64,000 bases of DNA from the IMG/VR virus record IMGVR_UViG_3300037467_001806, positions 1 to 64,000 of that record; one strand, written 5' to 3'. The DNA comes from a virus. Within the stretch, counting starts at the first letter, position 1, and each line of letters opens with the position of its first letter. A program made the position numbers and the translations under genes. Below, one piece after another: positions 8,233-16,671 of this stretch. The notes under the pieces were generated by a model that saw nothing but the letters and a program-made list of their open reading frames with translations, was not told the origin of the DNA and made no database searches.

Positions 8233-9966
8233 GTGGAAAACTTGATTCAATTGCAGGCTCAGCTCCAGAAGGTGCCCGACCAATCGTTGCAGGGCTACTT
8301 GCACCAGCCGTCGCAGGCTGTGCCGCCGTTCATGGTGCTGATGGAAATGCAGCGCCGCGCCAAGACGCGCCAGCAAGCGCAAGCCCCGCAGCAGCCGGCC
8401 CCGCAAACCACCGTGGCGCAAGACCTCGAAGCACAGGATGGCGGCCTGGGTTCGCTCAATATGCAGGCGCCGCAAGGCTTCAAGGAAGGCGGCATCGTGG
8501 GCTACGCCGATGGCGGTAGCGTGGACGATGAAGACGTGGCTCCGATCGTGAAGATCGGCCGTTATCTGGAAGGCTTGATGCCGCAGCCCAGGTATGGCGA
8601 CATCCGTCAGCAACCGGGCATCGACGACATGATCGGCAACAGCCAGCGCAGCATGCTGGGCTTCATCAATGGCCTGGGCCGGCCGACCACGGCCACGCCG
8701 GGTTTCAACCCCAACGCCTCCAGCCCCGGGTTCGTGCCGCCTGCAGCGCTGGGCGGTATGTCCATGCCGCCTGATACGCCTGCTCCGATCGCCGACGCCG
8801 CCCAAGCCGTTGCCGGTGGTGGCATGGACCGCCTGTCCTTACTCAAACAGGAGTGGCAGAAGTACATGATGGCCGGCGACACGAAAAGCGCCGACGTCGT
8901 GCAGCGCGAAATCGACCGCCTGGAAAGCGGCCAGACCGGCGACACCCACTCCACCAGCGATGAACTCGGCGCGCGCGTGGCTGCGGCCGGCGCTGCCCCT
9001 GCTGTCGGCGGCCTGGCTTCTGTGCTGACCCGTGGCACCCCTGCGGCCGCGGCTGGCCCTGCGGGTGGCCTACAGCCCATGGCTGTGCCTGATGCCCCGG
9101 TGCGCCCCAACGCCCCTTCCAACTACAGCATGGACGATGTGCTGGCCGCCCAGCAGCGCATTGCTGCCAACTTGCCGGATATCTACGGCCGCGCCAACGA
9201 CATTGCCGAAGCACGCGCTGCCCGCGCAGCAGATCGCCGCCAGAATGCCGGCAAGGACTCGGCCCTGGAAATGGGTCTGTCCATGATGGCGTCCAAGAAC
9301 CCCAGCTTCACCGGCAGCATCGGCGAGGGCGGCTTGGCTGCGCTCAAGGCCCAGCGCGACAGCGAGCGGCTGGCTGACAAGGACATGGACACCGCAGACG
9401 ACGTTCGCATCAAGGTGTTGCAGGCCCAGCGCGCCGCGGCCCAGGGTGACATGCAGACGGCCGCAGCCATCATGAACACCATCCACGACAACGAGTCGCG
9501 TGACTATCAGACGCAGGCCAGCATGTACGGCGCTGACCAGCAGAACCGCGCCTCGATCTTCGGCCACAACGTGCAACTGCAAGCCGCCAACTCGCGCGCC
9601 GAGATTGCGCAGTTGGTAGCCGAAGGCCGCATGTCGCAGATGGAGGCCAACATGGCTCTGGCCGGCCTGCGCATGCAGAACGAAGCGATGAAGGGCGAGC
9701 TGGGCCAGCGCAAGCAGGACGAGACGGAGCGCCGCAACGTGCAGCAGTACTTCGACACCGAAGTGAACAACTACGTGCAGCGTGCGCAGCAGGGCATGGG
9801 CGGTGTGCAGAACATGAACAAGACGCCGGATCAGTTGCGCAACGAAGCCGAAGCCTATGTGCTGTCGCGCATGAGCCCGGAAGATCGCAACAAGATCAAC
9901 CGCCAGCAAGGTAACGCGCCCAGCGGCACGCTGAAGATCGGTCCCAACGGCCAGTGGGTCAAGTAA
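8233..9966 (+). CDS. internal virion protein with coiled-coil C-terminal half
   Basis: GTG start after AAGGGGG. FKEGGIVGYADGGSV motif, Ala/Pro-rich middle and a charged Q/R/A-rich helical C-terminus. Confidence 0.55.
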   Translation: MENLIQLQAQLQKVPDQSLQGYLHQPSQAVPPFMVLMEMQRRAKTRQQAQAPQQPAPQTTVAQDLEAQDGGLGSLNMQAPQGFKEGGIVGYADGGSVDDEDVAPIVKIGRYLEGLMPQPRYGDIRQQPGIDDMIGNSQRSMLGFINGLGRPTTATPGFNPNASSPGFVPPAALGGMSMPPDTPAPIADAAQAVAGGGMDRLSLLKQEWQKYMMAGDTKSADVVQREIDRLESGQTGDTHSTSDELGARVAAAGAAPAVGGLASVLTRGTPAAAAGPAGGLQPMAVPDAPVRPNAPSNYSMDDVLAAQQRIAANLPDIYGRANDIAEARAARAADRRQNAGKDSALEMGLSMMASKNPSFTGSIGEGGLAALKAQRDSERLADKDMDTADDVRIKVLQAQRAAAQGDMQTAAAIMNTIHDNESRDYQTQASMYGADQQNRASIFGHNVQLQAANSRAEIAQLVAEGRMSQMEANMALAGLRMQNEAMKGELGQRKQDETERRNVQQYFDTEVNNYVQRAQQGMGGVQNMNKTPDQLRNEAEAYVLSRMSPEDRNKINRQQGNAPSGTLKIGPNGQWVK

Positions 9967-12900
9967 ATGGCATATAACATCGAACTGCCGGACGGGCGCA
10001 GCGTAGAAGTCGACGACAGCGTCGATCAGGAGACTGCACGCCGTATGGTGATGCAGCGCTTCCCCGATCAATTCCCTGACACCAAAGGTTTCATGCCGGC
10101 CCTGAAGTCAGCGGGCCAGGGCGCGCTGGCCGATATCGACACCACCATGTCGCAGATTGCCAAGCAGTTCGGCAACGACAGCGCGGCTGACTTCTATACC
10201 CAGCGTTCCAAATCCAACCGGCAGGGCAGCGAGAGCAATTTCAACCCGACCTCGCTGGACGATATCGGCAACGCCTACAACGACCAGGGGCTGGGTCCGG
10301 CTGCGGGTAAAGGTTTTGATTGGCTCAAAGAGCAAGCAGGCTCCATGATCGGGCGGTATGGTCCGGCCTTGGCAGTGGGTGCGGTGCCGGGCGTGGGTCC
10401 GGCCTTGTCCCTTGGCGCGCTGACCGGCGAGGAATCCGGCGCCAACATCAAGCGCAAGCAGGATGTGTCCGGCCAAACCGATCTGTCCAGTGGTGACTTG
10501 GCCACCAGCTTGGGGCTGGGTCTGGTGCAAGGCGCGATCGACAAGTTCGGCTTCGGCAAGATGTTCTCCGGTGTAGCCGCACCTATGGCCGAGCGCGCCG
10601 CGGCTGACCTGGTGCCGCAGGTATTGAAAGGCGAGATTACCAAGGACGTCGCCATCAACAAGCTGGGCGGTCGCCTGCAGTATTTCCTGTCCGAGACGGG
10701 GGCCAACGCCGCCCTGGGCGCCGGCATGAACACGGCGATCGAAGGTACGCGCCGCCTGGCCGCTGGCCAGCCGCTGGTGGACGACGAAGCTTTAAAGGCC
10801 TACGGCGAAGGTGCCATTGGCGCCGCCGCCATGTCGCCGTTTTTTGGCCTGGGTGTTGGTGCGCGCGCCCGGCACGGTGCCGAGGGCCAGATTCGTGATG
10901 CAGCCAAGGCGTACGATGACCGGGTGCAGATGGCTGAGCGTGGCCAGACCAAGGGCTTCAACGACGAGCAGGCTGCAGCGGCCCGGTACGACCCGGAGAA
11001 CCCCAACAGCATAGACCAGCAGTTCTACGCAGCCCAGGACGCGCAGCGCGCCAAAGAACAGGCTGAACAATCCTCACGTGCAAGTGAGTTTTGGCGCCAG
11101 AACGACGCGCGCCAGCAGCAGTTCAACGACGAGCTGTCCCAGCGTATCCGTGCCGGCGTGCAGGACGAGATTGCATCGCGCGACGCCGCCCAGCGTAACC
11201 CGGACGCAGTCGCCGCCTTCACCGAGAACCAGCCTGATGTGCTGGGTGATTTCCGCCCCGATATGGAGAATCCCATATCGGAAGGCCGGCGCGCAACGGA
11301 TCAGCCGGTTGAGCCGCCCAACCCGATGGAGCAGCCCCTGCTGGCCGGCCTGGAGCCGGAGCAGGCCATGGACCGACGTGCCACCGACGCCCCGCCGCAA
11401 CCCGAGGTTTCCACGCCTGCCACGTTTGAAGGCGCGGTGTTCCCGCGCGCGGCGGCCATGAAGCGTATCGTCGGCCTGGACATGGGCGACCTGGACAACC
11501 TGCGCACTGTCAACGAAGAACTGCGCCGCTACCGTGACAACGTGCTGGCCACGGGCATGACGGAGAAGAACGCAGAGCAATACACGTCGATGATGAACCG
11601 CATCGACGAAATCCGTGACAACCTGAAGCAGCGCATTGCTCAACTGCGCAACAGCGATCAAGGGCAACCCAGCCTGAAACTGCCGCCCGGTGTGGCACTG
11701 GGCGAGCAGCGCAGCAGCTTCCTCAAAGCCGCTCCCGGTGAAGAACCCGTGCTCGGCATTAACGGGGTCAAAAATGAAAATGTTCCTGCTGGGTTTGGTC
11801 GGCGTGCTGGCCCTGATGTGCAAGCGCAAACCGGAGACGGAAATGGAGGAAGGCTACCTGCTGGTGGACGGGGACAACAAGGTGCGGCTGACGGACTCCC
11901 AGGTGAGCAGCCTGTGGGACTTCATGGTGCACCAGAGGGCGATCTGGCCAATGGACTGCCCAACAATAACGGAGAACCAAGCCAAGTTCCTGGTGGACTG
12001 GCTGTCGACAGTGTACGAGGAACGGTCCGGGGCAACCCTGCACTGAGCAGCCTGTCGCCTGATCGCTTGGCAGCCATCGAGCGCGCCCGCGCGGCCATGC
12101 AGGCTGAAGACGCACGCAAAGCGTCCATGATTACGGCTGACAAGACCAAGGCCAGCTTCTCGCCGGATGACTGGAATCAGGCGATCGCCGAGTACGAGAA
12201 ATCGAAGAAAGGCGAGAACCCGCAGGACTATGCACCGGGTGATGACTTCTATTCCGGTAAGGTGCAGAAGGACGCGCCGATCAGCGAAGACATGCAAGAT
12301 GTGGTGGCTTTCAACGGTGACCCGCTGGCGGCCATGGCACGGCTTGGCAAGGACACGCAGAATCCGCTGCTCAAGCAAGTCAGCGAAGTGGCGCTGGCCT
12401 ACCCGCATCTGGCGCCCAAGGCCGTCATGTTCGACAAGACGCTGCCGTCCGACAAGGCGGGTGCCTACGATCACGCGACCAATACTATCCATCTGGCCGA
12501 GCCCGCCAACGAGCGGGTGCTGGCGCATGAGTACATGCACGCCATGACCTCACGGGCGCTGGAGCCGGGGGCCAAACTCACGCCGGACCAGCGCAGCGCT
12601 GTGCAGAACTTGAACTCCAACTACAACACGGCCAAGTCGGTGGCCAGCCAGTATGGGCTGGAGGGACACAACGGCCTGACCAACGTCAAGGAGTTCGTGG
12701 CGGAGTCCTTTACCAACCCCGACTTCCAGAAGGCGCTGTCCAACATCCCGCTGCCCGGCAAACAAGCCACCAAGGGCGTCAACTCCCTGTGGGATCAATT
12801 CGTTCGTGCCGTGGGCAAGCTGATCGGCTGGAGCAAGGACCAGGACAATGTCCTGTCCAACACGCTGCACGAAACCAGCAAGCTGATTGCAGCCAGCAAG

Positions 12901-15600
12901 CACAACGTCATGGGCGAGGCGGCCCCGGATACTGCGCGCGACTATGCACCGGCATCCGGGCGCATCCCCTACGACCAGCCTGATGTGGCGGCCGCTGAGC
13001 ATAACAAAGGCCCGCTGGAAAAAATGGTGGAGGGCGCCGACAAGATCAAGGAAACGGCCAAGAACATCAACAGCATCCGTGACTTCAAGGATTGGTTCAG
13101 GGAAGCCAGCTACGTGGCCGAGCAGCGCCTGTTCGACTGGCGCCTGGGCGTGACGCGTCACCTGAACCGTGATGCGACCTATATCGACGCCGATGGCCTG
13201 CGTCGTGCCACCGCTACGGAGTTGCTGGCAGAAAGCGAGTATCGCTACAACATGGGACAGGACTCCCTGGTCACGGGCTATTTGGGCAAGAACAGCGAAG
13301 GTGCCTATCAGGTGCAGCGCGACGACAACGCCAACCTGAAGAAACTGCGTGAGTCGGTCATGGCCCTGCCCGATGAGCTGGGCGCGGACAAGCACAAGGT
13401 GCTGACCAATCTGATGGCCAACCTGTCCTACTACGAGCGTGAAGCCAAAGGTGCTGCCCGTGGCGACGAGGAATATGCCCGGCCGTCGCATGTGAACGAC
13501 GCCATGATGGCGCAGGCGCTGAACGACTACAAGACGATACCGGAAGTGAAGAAGGTCGTGGACATGATTCACGACATGAACATGCACGATATCGACTTCA
13601 TGGAGTCGACCAACCTGATTGGCAAAGACCTGGCCAACGAGTTCCGGCAGAACAAATTCTATATCCCGCTGGATCGCGTCATCGACCAGGAGAACCAGAC
13701 CACTGCATTCAAGCCCGCATCGGGCGGTTCGTTTTCCAAGACCGGGGATAAATTCAAGGGCAGCGAACGGCAGGTGCGTGATGTGCTGGACAGCTTGATC
13801 GAGCGCCGCATGCGCTTGGCCGACTCCGGCATCCGTAACGACGCCACCTTCCACACGATCGAAGAGCTGAAAGCCGACGGCCAGTATGGCATCAAGCAGA
13901 TGCCTGACCACACCAAGCCGGCACCGGACGGCTGGTACAAGGTCAAGGTGCTGGAAGAGGGGCGGCCGACTGCCTACCTGCTCAACGACAAGAACGCTTA
14001 CCTGTCCCTGCGCGGCCTGATGACCGACGCACCGGCTATGTTCCGGGCGTTGGAAAATGCCACGGCCGTGTTTCGCAACGCGATCGTCATCACGCCTGAC
14101 TTCGTCGTGCGCAATATGTTCAAGGACAATACCGAAGCGTGGATGGCGAACTTCACGCACAAGAACATCGCTTCCACCATGGCCGAGTCGTTCGGTCGTT
14201 TCGCGCGCGGTGTCAACAAGCAGGACAACTACGACGTCACCCATTACGGCCTGACCGGCAACCGCGAATTCACTTCGCAGATGCGTGAGTACGACAGCAT
14301 CATCAAGCAGTTCAACCGCTCGGGGAGCGCCAAGGACAAGGCCGCTGGCCTGGACACGTTCTTCTCCAAGCTGTGGGACAAGGCCAACCATATCTCCAGC
14401 GAAGCGGAAGTGGCCACGCGCCAGACGATTTTCAACGCGGCCAAGGAGCGCACCGGCAGCGAGACAGAAGCCATTGCTGCAGCCCGCAACCTGCTGGATT
14501 TCCGCCGTCGCGGCGACATGCAGGCCATCACGATCGCCAAGACCCTGATCCCGTTCTTCAACTCGAACCTGCAGGGCTTCTACAAGTACTACCGCATGAT
14601 TACGCACGGCGACACCACCGGCATGGCAGTCGACAACGCTGTGCGCGGGCTGGCCATCAAGGGCGCCTATATGGCGGCAGCGACCACGGCCTATGCCGCG
14701 GCAATGCAGGGCAACGAGGCCTACCAGCGCGCCAGTCAAAACGAGCGCGACAACTACTGGCTGGTCCCGCTGCCCGGCGGTAGCATGCTGCGCGTGCCAA
14801 TCCCGTACGAGGTGGGTGCAGCCTTCAAGACCCTGCCGGAAGTGATGTTCAACCGCGCCAGCGGGCTGTCGTCGAACCAGGAAACCAAGACCAGCTTGGT
14901 CAAGGCGTTCCAACGCACCTTCCCGCAACTGTCGCTGACCTACTGGATGCCGCAGTATCTGAAGCCGGCGCTGGAAGTGTCGATGAACCGCGACACCTTC
15001 TTCGATCGGCCGCTGGAGCGCGAAGAAGACCTGAAGAAAGAGCCGTGGGTACGCACCAACGACCAGACCACGCCGATGGATCGCGGCCTGGGCGCCATCA
15101 CCGGCCTGTCGCCCATCCAGGCCCAACACATCATCAAGGGCTATCTCGGTACCGTTGGCATGGCCCTGGCGTCGGCGTCGCAGATGGCCAGCCCGAGCGG
15201 CGCGTCTACCCCGACCAACCGCATGCCGGTGGCGGGTTCGTTCCTGACCGATCCGAACCGCTCACGCGACCTGGACAACTACTACGGCTACAAGGACACA
15301 CTGACCAAGGTCAAGACCACGGCAGACGCGCTCAAGAGCCGCGGCGATGTGCAGGGGCTGAAGGAGTATTTGAAAGGCGAGACCAACGGCAAGCCGAACA
15401 CCATGCTGTATCAGATGGCTGGCCAGCTCAACGGCGTCGACACGCAACTGCGCACGATCCGTCAGGCGATGCAGCAGATTGACTATGACAACAGCATGAA
15501 CGCGATCCAGAAGCGCCAGCGCAAGGATCAACTGCGCGCCATGCAGAACCAGATCGCCAAGCAGGTCTCACCGCAACTGCGGCGTTTGATGGAAGACTAG
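9967..15600 (+). CDS. giant (1877 aa) virion-associated multidomain protein with zincin-like HExxH motif (polyvalent-protein-like)
   Basis: Uninterrupted ORF starting right after the upstream TAA. HEYMH at 12526-12540, followed by NVKEFVAESFTNP (a candidate third-ligand Glu). Last gene of the late block. Confidence 0.65.
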   Translation: MAYNIELPDGRSVEVDDSVDQETARRMVMQRFPDQFPDTKGFMPALKSAGQGALADIDTTMSQIAKQFGNDSAADFYTQRSKSNRQGSESNFNPTSLDDIGNAYNDQGLGPAAGKGFDWLKEQAGSMIGRYGPALAVGAVPGVGPALSLGALTGEESGANIKRKQDVSGQTDLSSGDLATSLGLGLVQGAIDKFGFGKMFSGVAAPMAERAAADLVPQVLKGEITKDVAINKLGGRLQYFLSETGANAALGAGMNTAIEGTRRLAAGQPLVDDEALKAYGEGAIGAAAMSPFFGLGVGARARHGAEGQIRDAAKAYDDRVQMAERGQTKGFNDEQAAAARYDPENPNSIDQQFYAAQDAQRAKEQAEQSSRASEFWRQNDARQQQFNDELSQRIRAGVQDEIASRDAAQRNPDAVAAFTENQPDVLGDFRPDMENPISEGRRATDQPVEPPNPMEQPLLAGLEPEQAMDRRATDAPPQPEVSTPATFEGAVFPRAAAMKRIVGLDMGDLDNLRTVNEELRRYRDNVLATGMTEKNAEQYTSMMNRIDEIRDNLKQRIAQLRNSDQGQPSLKLPPGVALGEQRSSFLKAAPGEEPVLGINGVKNENVPAGFGRRAGPDVQAQTGDGNGGRLPAGGRGQQGAADGLPGEQPVGLHGAPEGDLANGLPNNNGEPSQVPGGLAVDSVRGTVRGNPALSSLSPDRLAAIERARAAMQAEDARKASMITADKTKASFSPDDWNQAIAEYEKSKKGENPQDYAPGDDFYSGKVQKDAPISEDMQDVVAFNGDPLAAMARLGKDTQNPLLKQVSEVALAYPHLAPKAVMFDKTLPSDKAGAYDHATNTIHLAEPANERVLAHEYMHAMTSRALEPGAKLTPDQRSAVQNLNSNYNTAKSVASQYGLEGHNGLTNVKEFVAESFTNPDFQKALSNIPLPGKQATKGVNSLWDQFVRAVGKLIGWSKDQDNVLSNTLHETSKLIAASKHNVMGEAAPDTARDYAPASGRIPYDQPDVAAAEHNKGPLEKMVEGADKIKETAKNINSIRDFKDWFREASYVAEQRLFDWRLGVTRHLNRDATYIDADGLRRATATELLAESEYRYNMGQDSLVTGYLGKNSEGAYQVQRDDNANLKKLRESVMALPDELGADKHKVLTNLMANLSYYEREAKGAARGDEEYARPSHVNDAMMAQALNDYKTIPEVKKVVDMIHDMNMHDIDFMESTNLIGKDLANEFRQNKFYIPLDRVIDQENQTTAFKPASGGSFSKTGDKFKGSERQVRDVLDSLIERRMRLADSGIRNDATFHTIEELKADGQYGIKQMPDHTKPAPDGWYKVKVLEEGRPTAYLLNDKNAYLSLRGLMTDAPAMFRALENATAVFRNAIVITPDFVVRNMFKDNTEAWMANFTHKNIASTMAESFGRFARGVNKQDNYDVTHYGLTGNREFTSQMREYDSIIKQFNRSGSAKDKAAGLDTFFSKLWDKANHISSEAEVATRQTIFNAAKERTGSETEAIAAARNLLDFRRRGDMQAITIAKTLIPFFNSNLQGFYKYYRMITHGDTTGMAVDNAVRGLAIKGAYMAAATTAYAAAMQGNEAYQRASQNERDNYWLVPLPGGSMLRVPIPYEVGAAFKTLPEVMFNRASGLSSNQETKTSLVKAFQRTFPQLSLTYWMPQYLKPALEVSMNRDTFFDRPLEREEDLKKEPWVRTNDQTTPMDRGLGAITGLSPIQAQHIIKGYLGTVGMALASASQMASPSGASTPTNRMPVAGSFLTDPNRSRDLDNYYGYKDTLTKVKTTADALKSRGDVQGLKEYLKGETNGKPNTMLYQMAGQLNGVDTQLRTIRQAMQQIDYDNSMNAIQKRQRKDQLRAMQNQIAKQVSPQLRRLMED
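11774..12046 (+). CDS. nested +1-frame ORF inside the giant gene; 90-aa protein with N-terminal signal/lipoprotein-like peptide
   Basis: MKMFLLGLVGVLALMC.. then a globular-looking sequence. Third-codon positions are mostly G/C in this frame, while the host frame switches to A/T-rich third positions (CCT, GCT, GGA, AAT) only over this interval. Confidence 0.55.
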   Translation: MKMFLLGLVGVLALMCKRKPETEMEEGYLLVDGDNKVRLTDSQVSSLWDFMVHQRAIWPMDCPTITENQAKFLVDWLSTVYEERSGATLH

Positions 15601-15604
15601 GGGC

Positions 15605-15666
15605 AAAAAAATCCCCGCGGGGAAGCCAGTGAAGTGAGGGAAGCTGGCTTCTGGATTCCGCGGGGA
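15605..15666. terminator. nested-hairpin terminator at the convergence of late (+) and early (-) blocks
   Basis: Outer stem TCCCCGCGG/CCGCGGGGA (15612-20 / 15658-66) and inner stem GAAGCCAG/CTGGCTTC. The A7 run at 15605-11 supplies a U-tract for the minus-strand transcript. Confidence 0.65.
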
Positions 15667-15712
15667 GCAGTTCATGCACCGGAGGATTGGCTTGAACTTT
15701 CGATAGTATAGC

Positions 15713-15886
15713 CTATTCTTTTGCCTTGCGCTGCACCGGCTGTTTGAGCGGGTGGCTGCTCAGCATCTTTTGAAGCTGAGCAATTTTTTCGTCCCGCTCC
15801 GCGCGCCAACGCGCCTCGCTCTCAGCCATGCGCTTCTCGATGATTTCCCTGCGCATGCGTTTTTGTTTTCGAAACCAATCCAGCAT
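15713..15886 (-). CDS. small charged coiled-coil protein (57 aa, below ORF-track cutoff)
   Basis: Hand translation gives MLDWFRKQKRMRREIIEKRMAESEARWRAERDEKIAQLQKMLSSHPLKQPVQRKAKE. SD GAGGTAAAGA-ATG. Overlaps the 3' end of the next ORF. Confidence 0.35.
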   Translation of the reverse strand: MLDWFRKQKRMRREIIEKRMAESEARWRAERDEKIAQLQKMLSSHPLKQPVQRKAKE

Positions 15887-16040
15887 TCTTTACCTCATAG
15901 TAAGTTTCACCAAGTAAAGCCAGCGCATCTTCTTTCGCGCCACCCCTAGCCTTGACCACATTTTCCACTGCATCAAACAGCTTACGCAAGGCTGCGTTTT
16001 GCTTTTTAAGTGCTGCTACATCGATCACTTCAATGTCCAT
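15822..16040 (-). CDS. hypothetical protein
   Basis: Internal ATG (MDIEVIDVAALKKQ..) preceded by AAGGAGGGAACCG. The track ORF 15822..16088 starts further upstream. Confidence 0.5.
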   Translation of the reverse strand: MDIEVIDVAALKKQNAALRKLFDAVENVVKARGGAKEDALALLGETYYEVKNAGLVSKTKTHAQGNHREAHG

Positions 16041-16275
16041 CGGTTCCCTCCTTGTGCTTGATAAAGTCCTGGGCCGCCTGCGCGGCACGATACCACGCCA
16101 CGCTCACAGTCCCGCGCTCTGCGCCTTCAGGCTGCCCTGGGCAATACGATAGCCACAACGCGATGCGTATTCGCTGCGGCAACCGCATCCAGTGCTTGGC
16201 GCAGCCCCATCGGCCCTTGGGCACTTGCTCCGCGCAGCCAGGCCAGCTACACGGGTGCTTCTTTTTGGCAGCCAT
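16030..16275 (-). CDS. small Cys-rich (zinc-binding?) protein
   Basis: CSWPGCAEQVPKGRWGCAKHWMRLP pattern; ATG start. Confidence 0.6.
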   Translation of the reverse strand: MAAKKKHPCSWPGCAEQVPKGRWGCAKHWMRLPQRIRIALWLSYCPGQPEGAERGTVSVAWYRAAQAAQDFIKHKEGTDGH

Positions 16276-16280
16276 AGGGA

Positions 16281-16643
16281 TCAGAACTTGGCGATGTCGA
16301 CGACCACCATGCGCAGATCACGGATACGTGCCGCCGGCAGCATTTCACCATCCTTGCTGGCCTTGTCTTTGGTAGCGGTGCGGACTTTGTTATGTTCGAC
16401 CAGGAGGTCGGCCATGGGCAGCTCGAAGAACAGTTCATTGTCCGTCAGGTCAGTCAGCTTTTCTTCGCCCATATACAAGATGCGTTTGTCCAGCGGCAGG
16501 CTTTCGTTGGTGTCGGCGATGATGACACGTGCGATGCGAGTGTTGCTCATTGTTTGTTTCTCCTGTTGCTGGGTCGGCGTCATTTGGCCGAGCAGCGGGT
16601 GGTTGATGTTGCTCATAGCGTTAACAGCCCTGATGTGCGACAT
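16281..16643 (-). CDS. hypothetical protein (start uncertain; alternative ATG at 16550 with strong SD AGGAGAAACAAACA)
   Basis: GC3-rich codons persist upstream to the ATG at 16643 (MSHIRAVNAMSN..). The track start at 16721 would overlap the primase gene. Confidence 0.55.
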   Translation of the reverse strand: MSHIRAVNAMSNINHPLLGQMTPTQQQEKQTMSNTRIARVIIADTNESLPLDKRILYMGEEKLTDLTDNELFFELPMADLLVEHNKVRTATKDKASKDGEMLPAARIRDLRMVVVDIAKF

Positions 16644-16671
16644 ACGCTCTTCAAAGGCTAAGTCTGTAGCG

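Noticed and set aside
13170-13200. Virion RNA polymerase metal-binding motif (DxDGD) in the 1877-aa protein at YIDADGL
   Set aside because: The last Asp is missing and no other polymerase motifs were recognised. Early promoters look host sigma70-type, so a virion RNAP is not needed.
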